From IMG/VR virus record IMGVR_UViG_3300025108_000070, positions 1 to 53,146 of that record: a stretch of DNA of 53,146 nucleotides, one strand, 5' to 3'. The notes under the pieces are model-generated. The model did no database searches and had not been told where the DNA came from. It worked only from the letters and a program-made list of their open reading frames with translations. The stretch comes from a virus. Taxonomy: Duplodnaviria > Caudoviricetes. The stretch's first letter is position 1; every line of letters starts with the position of its first letter. The translations under genes and the position numbers were made by a program. Shown here piece after piece: positions 36,029 to 44,752 of this stretch.

Positions 36029-36044
36029 ATTTACCTCTTTTCTA

Positions 36045-36071
36045 TTTATCTAGTTTATCTAATTTATCTAA
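36045..36071. repeat. 3 x 9-bp tandem repeat TTTATCTA(G/A)
   Basis: tttatctag tttatctaa tttatctaa. Confidence 0.8.
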
Positions 36072-36079
36072 TGGCTACA

Positions 36080-36383
36080 CTTATACATTAATGCCTGGAT
36101 TTACATGTTCGATTTGTGCAAATATTTCATTCGTCTTACATCTCCCGTAACTGGACTTAAGCACCCTGTGCTAAATCTAAGACTCTTTACGTTTCAACTA
36201 CTTCACATAGTCTACGAACGCCCATAAGAGGTATAAGCTTCACCTAATTTTAACCAGAATAGATATCCCTTACGGACACTAACGCCCACGTCTGGGAATT
36301 GTGGAAGGCCGCTAAGCCTAAAACCCTATCCTGATTAAACTTTAATTCTCTATTTTCTTTAGCCCTTCAGTTACGAAAGGCTA
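36080..36383 (-). ncRNA. Two putative structured RNAs (36080-36237, 36249-36339) plus hairpin 36360-36383
   Basis: CTTATAC/GTATAAG with nested helices; 14-bp closing stem with two G.U pairs and three inner hairpins. Confidence 0.55.
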
Positions 36384-36391
36384 TGACTCTC

Positions 36392-36553
36392 TTAATAATC
36401 TTTAAGAAAGTGTAGGACTACATCAATCATAGTCCAGGTATCAACATTATCATCTGGGCATAACCCGCTCAAACGATAATACCACATACCATTGCCCTCG
36501 TAGCTTATCCTAAGATAAGGACCACTTAAGGACTTCTCTAATCGTATATACAT
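36392..36553 (-). CDS. Small hypothetical protein (53 aa), not in ORF track
   Basis: RBS GGAGG; MYIRLEKSLSGPYLRISYEGNGMWYYRLSGLCPDDNVDTWTMIDVVLHFLKDY. Confidence 0.5.
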   Translation of the reverse strand: MYIRLEKSLSGPYLRISYEGNGMWYYRLSGLCPDDNVDTWTMIDVVLHFLKDY

Positions 36554-36599
36554 ACATACCTCCATGTAGTTTATAGGTTAAAGTAATTCTAATTCTAGT

Positions 36600-36683
36600 T
36601 TATCCCCATGTTATACACATATCTCTATATATATAGGGTGTTATATCTCTATGTATCTACATTATATCCACATATTATACACA
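36600..36683 (+). promoter_or_regulatory. DnaA-box-like cluster, candidate replication origin
   Basis: TTATCCCCA 36600, TTATACACA 36611, ATATCCACA 36664, TTATACACA 36675, with AT-rich TATA runs. Confidence 0.5.
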
Positions 36684-36723
36684 TATTGCTATGTATTCTA
36701 CTGTAATTAATGGATGGAAGTGT

Positions 36724-36765
36724 AAAAAAGAGTAAGAAAGGGAGTTTCTGTTTCAGGTACTCCCT
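36724..36765 (-). terminator. Rho-independent terminator
   Basis: AGGGAGT/ACTCCCT stem followed on - strand by TTCTTACTCTTTTTT, just after the 36778 stop. Confidence 0.6.
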
Positions 36766-36777
36766 AGACCTAGACGA

Positions 36778-37077
36778 TTAGTCTTTTGGTGTAAGTGCAT
36801 CAACTAAAGTCTGAACGCCTGATAATAGCGCGTCTAACTTAGCATCCGTATTAGAGCTAGCTCCTGGAGCTGTGAATCCAGACTGACCTGCAACCTGTGC
36901 TGCATACTGTGGGTCTTTCATCAATGACTCATGTACTTGTGCTTCAGACTCAAACTGAAGTAAGCTTCTACCATCTTGTATAATCTGATAGTTCTGTACT
37001 TTAGTTCTTACACCAGCCATCTTAAGCCTAGTGTTAGTCTGAATAGCTGACCTTACGTGTTCTATAGTATTACTCAT
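36778..37077 (-). CDS. First gene of the - arm, hypothetical
   Basis: Start moved to ATG 37077 after GGAG; has its own terminator. Confidence 0.75.
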   Translation of the reverse strand: MSNTIEHVRSAIQTNTRLKMAGVRTKVQNYQIIQDGRSLLQFESEAQVHESLMKDPQYAAQVAGQSGFTAPGASSNTDAKLDALLSGVQTLVDALTPKD

Positions 37078-37186
37078 TGATTTCTCCAATCATTTGATTT
37101 TCAACGTAAATTCATATATCAACAACCACAACTTAGGGGGTAGGGTGTGTGTATGTAGGGCTACTTCAAAATCCTACAATTTTTTG

Positions 37187-37215
37187 TTGCAAATAACATG
37201 GGGTATGCTTAGATT
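37187..37215 (+). promoter_or_regulatory. Sigma70-like rightward promoter
   Basis: TTGCAA-17-TAGATT upstream of RBS AAGGAG. Confidence 0.55.
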
Positions 37216-37237
37216 AGATGTAAACAAAGGAGTCTGT

Positions 37238-37405
37238 ATGACGATAACTAGTAAAGATTTAAAAGGTGGCGGTGGTTTAACTGGAGTAGCTAGAAAAGAA
37301 GCAGAAAAAGCCCAGATGAATCAGAAGCTACTTGAAAATGCTATAGCGCAGGTTCAAGAAAATTTAAAGAAAAAGAAAGAACCAAAGAAAAAGAAATCTA
37401 CATAA
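37238..37405 (+). CDS. Small basic hypothetical protein (55 aa)
   Basis: Start moved from 37094 to ATG 37238 after AAGGAG. Confidence 0.65.
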   Translation: MTITSKDLKGGGGLTGVARKEAEKAQMNQKLLENAIAQVQENLKKKKEPKKKKST

Positions 37406-37450
37406 TCTACTATATCTACTAGTATCTACTATAGCTACGTAGACTGCTCA

Positions 37451-37479
37451 AAGATAAAGTGTTTTGTAGTACAAGTCAA
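37451..37479 (-). promoter_or_regulatory. Sigma70-like leftward promoter
   Basis: TTGACT-17-TATCTT on - strand. Confidence 0.55.
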
Positions 37480-37490
37480 GGAAAAAATGT

Positions 37491-37772
37491 ATGGGTACAT
37501 CAATAAATTGGTTAGCAAGACTATCTCAAAAGGACCAGGAACGAATCTTGGGACATATTGAGCGCTTGGTTAAGCTAGAAAGGAAGTTGTCTAAACAAAT
37601 CTTAGAAGATGAAGAGATGACAATGGAATATGTAGAAAATGATGGCGATGCTGACGAAGGAATCGAAAGTGTACCCATAGAAATTAATGGAATTAAACAT
37701 TGGGTTCATAAGGATGTTATGTATTTGATTGAATCCTTGCATAAACAATTAGCGAAGCAACGTGGAAAGTAG
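37491..37772 (+). CDS. Hypothetical protein
   Basis: RBS AAGGA; overlaps next gene. Confidence 0.7.
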   Translation: MGTSINWLARLSQKDQERILGHIERLVKLERKLSKQILEDEEMTMEYVENDGDADEGIESVPIEINGIKHWVHKDVMYLIESLHKQLAKQRGK

Positions 37773-38544
37773 AAAAATTAAACATACAAGACATTACGTT
37801 TATGATACAAACAAAGAGTTTATGAAGGACCATCCCAAAGGGATACTTCACTCCGAATGGAGAGATGCAAAGGAAGGTGATTGGGTAAAGAGTGATGATG
37901 GTCGTATTGTTCAACTTCTTAAAGTCTCCGAAAATCTATCGCATCCAAAAGATTCTAAAAATTATAAACAATCTAAAGGCTATGTAAGAACTGTAGTTGG
38001 CACATTTATCAACTCTAAGAAAACTTACATGGACACAGACTTTGAAAAACACCCAAATCGCTACACATTTAGCACCAAAATCAAGAATACTTCTTCTAGG
38101 GTAAAGGAGAGGTCCAATTGTACAAACAGAGAAAAAATTTTCGCCACGAGCGTGGCAGTAGGAAAAGATGCTGTGAGTGCTTATATGAAAGCATTTACTG
38201 AAAAAAATCGTAACACGGCTAGGAAAAAAGCTGTAATTTTACTTAAACAGGAGCGAGTAATGACTGAAATAGAAAAAACTTCAAAAGAGATAGCTAAAGA
38301 GCTAGGTATTGACCATTCATACATATTAGGTTCTTTAAAACAACTAGCTGATACAAGCGAAGACGAAAATATAGCGTTGCAATCCTTAAAAGAACTAGGA
38401 AAAGCAATCGGTACATTGGGTAATCAAGTTAAAAAAATAGAAACTGGAGTCGTAGGTATGTTCCAAGGATTTAGTCCAGACGAAATCGAAGGAGCGTCAA
38501 GAGCTATACTACCAGAAACAACTTCCGAGGAGGAAAGCAAATGA
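37762..38544 (+). CDS. Putative terminase small subunit with N-terminal extension
   Basis: T.REK.FA......DAVSAY.KAF...A..LL HTH-like region; upstream of terL. Confidence 0.55.
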   Translation: MESRKIKHTRHYVYDTNKEFMKDHPKGILHSEWRDAKEGDWVKSDDGRIVQLLKVSENLSHPKDSKNYKQSKGYVRTVVGTFINSKKTYMDTDFEKHPNRYTFSTKIKNTSSRVKERSNCTNREKIFATSVAVGKDAVSAYMKAFTEKNRNTARKKAVILLKQERVMTEIEKTSKEIAKELGIDHSYILGSLKQLADTSEDENIALQSLKELGKAIGTLGNQVKKIETGVVGMFQGFSPDEIEGASRAILPETTSEEESK

Positions 38545-39425
38545 TATGTCCACATTGTAGTAGTATGTTGACAAAAAAAGAAGGTAAGAAAAGAAACAAA
38601 GATACTGTTAAGCAACAATTTAGCTGTAAGTCTTGCGGTAAATGGTTTTCTATTCCTATTCCTTCTAATGTAAAAGAATACGACAAGAAACACATTGAGC
38701 CAGGAAAGTTATTTCAAATAAAAAGCGATGAAAAATTACGTGTACACGGATTAACTGATATACATGTTGGAGCTCACGAGTTTGACTTAAAGAAATTTCA
38801 GGAAGCAATTAAAGTTATATATGAAGACCCAAACGCACGATGGTTTGGTAACGGAGATATGATAGAACTGATTCCCCCTAATTATAACATAAATCAACGA
38901 GGACAGGCAATTCCACCAGAAGAACAATATCTTTCGTTCTTAAAGCTTGTTCAACCCATACAAGATAAGTGTTTATTTATAAGAGGAGGGAATCACGACT
39001 ATCTAAGAAGTTTTAACATATTAGATTTTGATGTATGTAAGACTTTAGCAAGTGAAATGGATGTTCCATATTTTAGATTGCCTGGATACGCACAAATCAC
39101 TATTGGTGACAAAGATTGGTTTCTTGTTAGTGGACACGGAAAAAGTGGAGCTAAAAACGGAGACACAGAATTAGATAAAATGGCTTCGGTTTATTCTGAT
39201 GGCGATGTATACTTTTTAGGACATAATCATCAGTTGTATTGTAAGCCAATTGATTCATTGACAATAGAAGACGGAGAAGAAAGTCTAAAACGTAAATGGT
39301 ATGTAAGAGGAGGGTCGTTCCTCAGATACGCAGACTATGCTCGTTATAGCTTTTATGGGATTCAACGTACGGGTTGGATTACTATGGAATTTACTAAAGA
39401 TAGAATAAATTGTTGGGAGAACTAA
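38541..39425 (+). CDS. Calcineurin-like metallophosphoesterase with N-terminal Zn ribbon
   Basis: CPHC...CKSC; DIH, GD, GNHD, HG, GHNH. Confidence 0.9.
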   Translation: MICPHCSSMLTKKEGKKRNKDTVKQQFSCKSCGKWFSIPIPSNVKEYDKKHIEPGKLFQIKSDEKLRVHGLTDIHVGAHEFDLKKFQEAIKVIYEDPNARWFGNGDMIELIPPNYNINQRGQAIPPEEQYLSFLKLVQPIQDKCLFIRGGNHDYLRSFNILDFDVCKTLASEMDVPYFRLPGYAQITIGDKDWFLVSGHGKSGAKNGDTELDKMASVYSDGDVYFLGHNHQLYCKPIDSLTIEDGEESLKRKWYVRGGSFLRYADYARYSFYGIQRTGWITMEFTKDRINCWEN

Positions 39426-39426
39426 A

Positions 39427-39618
39427 ATGGCATACGGAACAGGAACTACAAAAAAAAAGAAAAAGAAAAAGAAAAAGAAAATGAAAAGATTACTGCCTCA
39501 AGCAAAAAGAACTAACGGAAAAAAGAAGACTCGTCAGGGTCAAAGTAAAAATACAAAGTTTGGAAATAAGCTTAGTCCTAAGCACTATAAAAAAAGAAAG
39601 GTAGGTCAAGGTGGCTAA
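39427..39618 (+). CDS. Very basic small protein
   Basis: Run of ten Lys; K/R-rich throughout. Confidence 0.55.
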   Translation: MAYGTGTTKKKKKKKKKKMKRLLPQAKRTNGKKKTRQGQSKNTKFGNKLSPKHYKKRKVGQGG

Positions 39619-39853
39619 AATAAATAAAAAAACATTATCTAAACATGATTTAGTAAGAGGAATAAAAGAACTTACTATGCAATTGCAAATGTTGCACAGT
39701 CATGTAATGTTAATGGATAGCGTCTTAGATAAATACATACGTATGAATAAAGACGAAGATAAATTAAAAAAATACATGGAAAAAGAATCTAAAAAAGATG
39801 CACAAGATACAGAACATAAGCAAAGCGGAAGAAGCACTTCAGTTAGCAAGTAA
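39611..39853 (+). CDS. Hypothetical protein
   Basis: Operon ORF. Confidence 0.65.
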   Translation: MAKINKKTLSKHDLVRGIKELTMQLQMLHSHVMLMDSVLDKYIRMNKDEDKLKKYMEKESKKDAQDTEHKQSGRSTSVSK

Positions 39854-41369
39854 GGATATGATTGCTTTTGGTAAATTATTTTTACCAGACGATTTTATGC
39901 GAAGTGAAACACCTCCATTTCATTACGAGATGGCTGATGCTATTGATAACCCAGAAGTAAAACAATTAGCGGTTATTTTGCCTCGTGGTCATGGAAAAAC
40001 TGTGCTAACTAAATGCTCGATTATCAAAGATTTTTGTTTTTGCCCTAAAGACGATATGCTATTTTATGCGTGGGTGTCTGCAACGCAAAAGCTTAGTACT
40101 GGTAATATGGACTATATTAAATACCACTTTGAATACAACGATAAAATCAAATATTATTTTGGTAATTTGAAAGGAAAAAAATGGACAGAAGAAGATGTGG
40201 AGTTAAAAAATGGATGTAAACTCATTAGTAAATCGAATGTTGCGGGAATTAGAGGTGGTGCTAAACTACATAAAAGATACGACCTTATCATCCTTGACGA
40301 TTTTGAACACGAAGCTAACACTATCACAGCTGAAGCAAGGGCTAAAAACAGTAATCTCGTTACTGCTGTTGTTTATCCTGCTATCGAGCCTCATACTGGT
40401 AGGCTTAGGGTTAACGGTACTCCTGTTCACTTTGATAGCTTTATCAATAATCTTATCGTCAACTATGCTCGTCAAGGAGAAAATCAAAAAGATTTTGCAT
40501 GGAGAGTAATTACATATAAGGCTATATTGCCCGATGGAACTTCTTTGTGGCCAGGATGGTTTCCATTAGAAAAGTTAGAAGAGAAGAAAAAATTCTACCA
40601 AGATAGTGGAACTCCTTCTAAGTTTTACCAAGAATATATGATGCAAGTTCAATCAGAAGAAGATTCTATTTGGACTCAAAAACATATAAAATATTGGGAA
40701 GGTTTTTATGAATATGATGAAAACGATAAAATGGGTTATATAGTTAATGACGGAGATAGAACTCCAGTTACTACTTTTATTGGTTGTGACCCAGCTACCG
40801 ATATTGATACTAAAGAATCTGATTTTAGTGTAATAATGGTTATTGCAGTTGATGCAAATAATAATCGCTATGTTTTAGAATATGAAAGACATCGTAGTAT
40901 TCCTACATTAGGAGCAAAAGACAACAATGGTAAAATATTTGATAAGAAAGGAGTAGTAGATTATATTATTGAATTGTACAATAAGTATCATTGTAGTAGC
41001 GCAACAGTAGAAGATGTCGCTATGAATCGTAGTGTATTCCAAGCACTTAATGACGAAAGGAGGAGAATTAATCGTTATGATATTAGTGTAATTCCCGAAA
41101 AACCAGGAGGAACACAAAAAAGAAATAGAATTTATTCAGGTTTATCTGGTATCTTTAGTGTAGGTTCTTTATATTTTAGAGAAAATATGTTTGATTTAAT
41201 TAACGAAATCATTACATTTGGACCAAGAATGGCTCATGATGATACAATTGAGGGACTATATTATGCTAATTTACACGCTTTTCCCCCTAATTATAAACAA
41301 AATGGGACAAAAGATAAACCAAAATGGTATAAACCTAAAAGAAAAGCTAAAAATTGGTTAGTTGCTTAA
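39798..41369 (+). CDS. terL: Terminase large subunit
   Basis: Walker A PRGHGKT, Walker B IILDD.E, GTP coupling motif, FYQEY, GCDPA, HDD..E. Confidence 0.95.
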   Translation: MHKIQNISKAEEALQLASKDMIAFGKLFLPDDFMRSETPPFHYEMADAIDNPEVKQLAVILPRGHGKTVLTKCSIIKDFCFCPKDDMLFYAWVSATQKLSTGNMDYIKYHFEYNDKIKYYFGNLKGKKWTEEDVELKNGCKLISKSNVAGIRGGAKLHKRYDLIILDDFEHEANTITAEARAKNSNLVTAVVYPAIEPHTGRLRVNGTPVHFDSFINNLIVNYARQGENQKDFAWRVITYKAILPDGTSLWPGWFPLEKLEEKKKFYQDSGTPSKFYQEYMMQVQSEEDSIWTQKHIKYWEGFYEYDENDKMGYIVNDGDRTPVTTFIGCDPATDIDTKESDFSVIMVIAVDANNNRYVLEYERHRSIPTLGAKDNNGKIFDKKGVVDYIIELYNKYHCSSATVEDVAMNRSVFQALNDERRRINRYDISVIPEKPGGTQKRNRIYSGLSGIFSVGSLYFRENMFDLINEIITFGPRMAHDDTIEGLYYANLHAFPPNYKQNGTKDKPKWYKPKRKAKNWLVA

Positions 41370-41584
41370 TGTGGAAAATATTTAAAGACGAAAACGAATA
41401 TAACGAAAAGAATATCATAGGATTTCTTTCATTTACACTTATGTGCGTATTTGGTATTGTTGATTTAGCTATGGGAATTATTGGAATTGAACTTATGGTT
41501 AACGACTATATTTACAATTCATTTGTTTGGGTTACACTTGGTTCATTTGGAATTTCAGCATCAGAAAAAACTTTTAAAAAATAA
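41369..41584 (+). CDS. Two-TM membrane protein, holin-like
   Basis: Start moved to ATG 41369 (TAATG overlap); two hydrophobic helices, basic tail; near endolysin. Confidence 0.55.
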   Translation: MWKIFKDENEYNEKNIIGFLSFTLMCVFGIVDLAMGIIGIELMVNDYIYNSFVWVTLGSFGISASEKTFKK

Positions 41585-41594
41585 GGAATAAGTT

Positions 41595-42077
41595 ATGCCA
41601 CAAGTAGGAAATAAAAAATATCCATATACAAAAGAAGGTATTCAACAAGCTAAACAAGATACTGCAAAATATGGAATTACAGACCAAATGGCAGATGAAT
41701 GGTTAAAAAAGAATCCAGTAAACACAAAACATGGAGGGTACATAAAAAGAGATACTGTTCGTGAAATGATGAAGGATAGTCAATCTATGAAACCAATAAC
41801 TGTTACGCCAAATGATGGGCAATTGCCTAAAGGGCTGCAACACGATATGTCAAAAGAAAATGTGTTTGCGCATCAAAGAGATTTAAAAAAATTGGGTTTT
41901 TACGAAGGAGAGCTAGATAGTATTTGGGGACCAAAATCTCAAGCTGCTTATGAAATGTATCTTAAAAATCCTCCAAAAACTAAACAAGAACTTTCAGTAG
42001 AAAAGTTGAAAAGCGGTGGGGCGTTTGGTAAACAAGGAAAACGTATATTTGACTATATAAAAAGTTTAAGAGATTAA
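41595..42077 (+). CDS. Protein with peptidoglycan-binding-like domain
   Basis: V...Q..L..LGFY.G.LD.IWGP.S..A. Confidence 0.65.
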   Translation: MPQVGNKKYPYTKEGIQQAKQDTAKYGITDQMADEWLKKNPVNTKHGGYIKRDTVREMMKDSQSMKPITVTPNDGQLPKGLQHDMSKENVFAHQRDLKKLGFYEGELDSIWGPKSQAAYEMYLKNPPKTKQELSVEKLKSGGAFGKQGKRIFDYIKSLRD

Positions 42078-42079
42078 TA

Positions 42080-42472
42080 ATGCCAAGTTTTGGAAAAAAA
42101 TCACAAGAAAAATTAAATACTTGCGACCCAAGATTAGTAGAACTATTTGAAAGAGTAGTTGAAGATTTTGATTGTACTGTTTTACAAGGACATAGAGGTC
42201 AAGCAGAACAAGATGCATTATTTGTAGAAGGATTTAGTAAATTAAAATATCCAAAAGGAAATCATAACAAATACCCTTCATTGGCTGTAGATGTAGCTCC
42301 GTATCCTATAGATTGGAAAGATAGAGAGCGATTTACATATTTTGCTGGATTTGTAATGGGTATTGCAGCTTCAATGGGACTTAATATTCGTTGGGGTGGA
42401 GATTGGGATAGAGATAAAGATTTAAAAGATAATAACTTTGATGATTTACCACACTTTGAAATAAGGGATTAA
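42080..42472 (+). CDS. Endolysin, peptidase M15 (L-Ala-D-Glu peptidase-like)
   Basis: GHR....Q, H....S.AVD, RWGGDW, D.PHFE. Confidence 0.9.
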   Translation: MPSFGKKSQEKLNTCDPRLVELFERVVEDFDCTVLQGHRGQAEQDALFVEGFSKLKYPKGNHNKYPSLAVDVAPYPIDWKDRERFTYFAGFVMGIAASMGLNIRWGGDWDRDKDLKDNNFDDLPHFEIRD

Positions 42473-42473
42473 T

Positions 42474-44726
42474 ATGGCTAAACGAGGAAGAAAAAATAAA
42501 GCTGACGTAAATAAGCATTTGTTTCAAAAAGCAAATAATTATTTTAGAAAAAAATGGTTTACCGATTCTCAAAAAGGTATGGATTTTTATCTGAACGAAC
42601 AATTATCAGCAGAAGAATTAGAAGATTTAAGAAATGGAGGTATGCCTGATTTTATTATCAATAGAATAACTCCAGCTATTGATATTATGAAATTTTTTAT
42701 TACCGCTAACAATCCTAGATGGCAGGCGATTGGAGTAGAAGGTTCAGACGCTGATATTGCTCACGTACATAGTATGATTGCTGAATATTGTTGGCATTTA
42801 TCAAATGGTAAAAGTTTATTTGGTCAAGTAATACAAGACTCTTTAGTCAAAGGAGTTGGATATTTTAGAGTAGATGTAGACCCTAATGCAGACCAAGGAA
42901 TGGGAGAAGTTATATTTTCTACTATAGACCCTTACGATGTTTATGTAGACCCTCTTAGTAGAGATTTTTTATTTAGAGATGCTAACTATATAATTATACA
43001 AAAAAATCTTTCTAAAAGCTCTTTAATGCAAATGTTGCCTCAATTTAAAACAAAAATATCTAAAGCTTCAGGTTCAACAGAAAGTAAACAATACAGTCTT
43101 AGAGATGTTCATGAATCTGAAACAATATTGCCAGGAGACGTAGAGAATGAAGCGTTTAAATTAGATGGAGAGCAAGATGAAATCTTAGACTATTATGAAG
43201 TTTATAGTAAAGAAAAAATTCCTTTTGTAAATGTTTGGTTAAAACAACCCCCAACAGACCAACAATTAAAAGCTATTCAATCTCAAGCAGAAGAAGAAAT
43301 GCAATCTATGATAGAGGAAATGTCTGTTGGTATAAAAGAAAAAGAATTAGAATTAATGCAATTAGTTAATGAAGGCGAAATGTTGCCAGAAAGAATGCAA
43401 TTAGAATTAGAAAAATTTTCTAAAGAAATGCAAATGAGAATAGAAGAGCAACGAGCTTTAATGGAAGCTCAATTAGTTCAAGCTCAAACCAAAACTGTTC
43501 AAAGTGTAATAGATAAAAGTTCTTTTGATATACAAATGAAATCTGATACATTTGCAGAGTCTGTAGTTGAATATGTAGAATTTTTTAAAACTCAAGTAAA
43601 GGTATGTGCTTCAATTGGAGATATGTATTTATACGAAAGTTTATTGCCTATAGAAGATTATCCAATTATTCCAGTTATGTATACTCATACAAACACTCCT
43701 TACCCAGTGAGCGCCGTAACTCCTATGATTGGTAAACAAAGAGAAATAAATAAAGCGCATCAAATTATGTTACATAATGCTAATCTTGCTAGTAATTTAA
43801 GATGGCTATATACAGAAGGCGCTATTGACGAAGAAGAATGGGAACAATATTCAAGTTCTCCTGGAGCTTTATTAAAATACAGACAAGGATTTGATGTTCC
43901 TAACGCTATACAACCTTTGCCTATTAACAACGCTTTTTATACTGTTACTCAACAAGGTAAAAGCGACATAGAACATATCAGCGGTATTTCATCTAGTATG
44001 CAAGGAGTAGGAGAAGATAGTCACGAAACATATCGTGGTATGTTAGCTATGGATGAATATGGAACGAGAAGAGTAAGACAATGGGTAAATAATGTAGTGG
44101 AACCAGCTTTAGAACAAGTAGGTAGAGTCTTTAAAGAGATAGCTCAATTTACATATACTAGTCAAAAAATATTTAGATTAGTTCAACCAGAAGCTGGTCA
44201 AGGAGAGGGAGAAATTCAAGAAGCTTCTATTAATATTCCTATTTATAATGATTTTGGTGAAGTTATAAAAAGATATAATGATTACAATTCAAGTAAATTT
44301 GATGTTAGGATTGTATCTGGTTCAACTCAGCCAATTAATAGATGGGCTTTGCAAGATGAATATTTTAAATGGTTTCAAGCTGGATTAATAGATGATATAG
44401 CTATGATAGAGCAAACTGATATAAGAAACAAAAAACAATTATTGCAAAGAAAAAGCGTATACTCTCAAATGCAACAACAAATTGCTGGAATGGAAGAGCA
44501 GATGAAAGACCAAGAGGGAACTATAGAAACATTAGAAAGACAATTAGTTCAAGCTGGTATTAAAGATAAAATTAACCAAGCTGAAAAAACGATTGATAGA
44601 CAAGTTACTCAGACCCAAATGGAACAAAGACTTTTAGGCGGTAGAATGAAAGATACCGTTGATTTAGCAAAAAAAGAATTAGCACTAGAAAAGAAAAAAA
44701 TTAGTGTTGATAAACAGAAAAAATAA
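42474..44726 (+). CDS. Portal protein (P22-like)
   Basis: FY..EQ...G.P...INRI.P, G.GY..V, VYVDP, Q.EINK; lies between terL and scaffold. Confidence 0.85.
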   Translation: MAKRGRKNKADVNKHLFQKANNYFRKKWFTDSQKGMDFYLNEQLSAEELEDLRNGGMPDFIINRITPAIDIMKFFITANNPRWQAIGVEGSDADIAHVHSMIAEYCWHLSNGKSLFGQVIQDSLVKGVGYFRVDVDPNADQGMGEVIFSTIDPYDVYVDPLSRDFLFRDANYIIIQKNLSKSSLMQMLPQFKTKISKASGSTESKQYSLRDVHESETILPGDVENEAFKLDGEQDEILDYYEVYSKEKIPFVNVWLKQPPTDQQLKAIQSQAEEEMQSMIEEMSVGIKEKELELMQLVNEGEMLPERMQLELEKFSKEMQMRIEEQRALMEAQLVQAQTKTVQSVIDKSSFDIQMKSDTFAESVVEYVEFFKTQVKVCASIGDMYLYESLLPIEDYPIIPVMYTHTNTPYPVSAVTPMIGKQREINKAHQIMLHNANLASNLRWLYTEGAIDEEEWEQYSSSPGALLKYRQGFDVPNAIQPLPINNAFYTVTQQGKSDIEHISGISSSMQGVGEDSHETYRGMLAMDEYGTRRVRQWVNNVVEPALEQVGRVFKEIAQFTYTSQKIFRLVQPEAGQGEGEIQEASINIPIYNDFGEVIKRYNDYNSSKFDVRIVSGSTQPINRWALQDEYFKWFQAGLIDDIAMIEQTDIRNKKQLLQRKSVYSQMQQQIAGMEEQMKDQEGTIETLERQLVQAGIKDKINQAEKTIDRQVTQTQMEQRLLGGRMKDTVDLAKKELALEKKKISVDKQKK

Positions 44727-44738
44727 CTGTAAATTAGA
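44707..44738 (+). promoter_or_regulatory. Putative late promoter, copy 2
   Basis: TTGATA-17-TAAATT with TAACTGTAAATTAGA. Confidence 0.65.
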
Positions 44739-44752
44739 AGGAGAAATACAGT

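Noticed and set aside
36249-36339. tRNA gene (also considered for 30567-30672)
   Set aside because: No GTTC T-loop, D-loop consensus or CCA end; closing stems too long
28401-36383. CRISPR array or repeat-spacer interpretation of the RNA arrays, given a Cas4-like gene nearby
   Set aside because: No repeated unit sequence; the nuclease sits with Sak and SSB-like genes as a normal recombination module
37136-37203. Canonical G-quadruplex
   Set aside because: Only three closely spaced G3+ runs; the fourth is about 40 nt away
37094-37237. N-terminal extension of the 103-aa ORF
   Set aside because: Overlaps promoter and G-rich tract; the RBS supports a start at 37238
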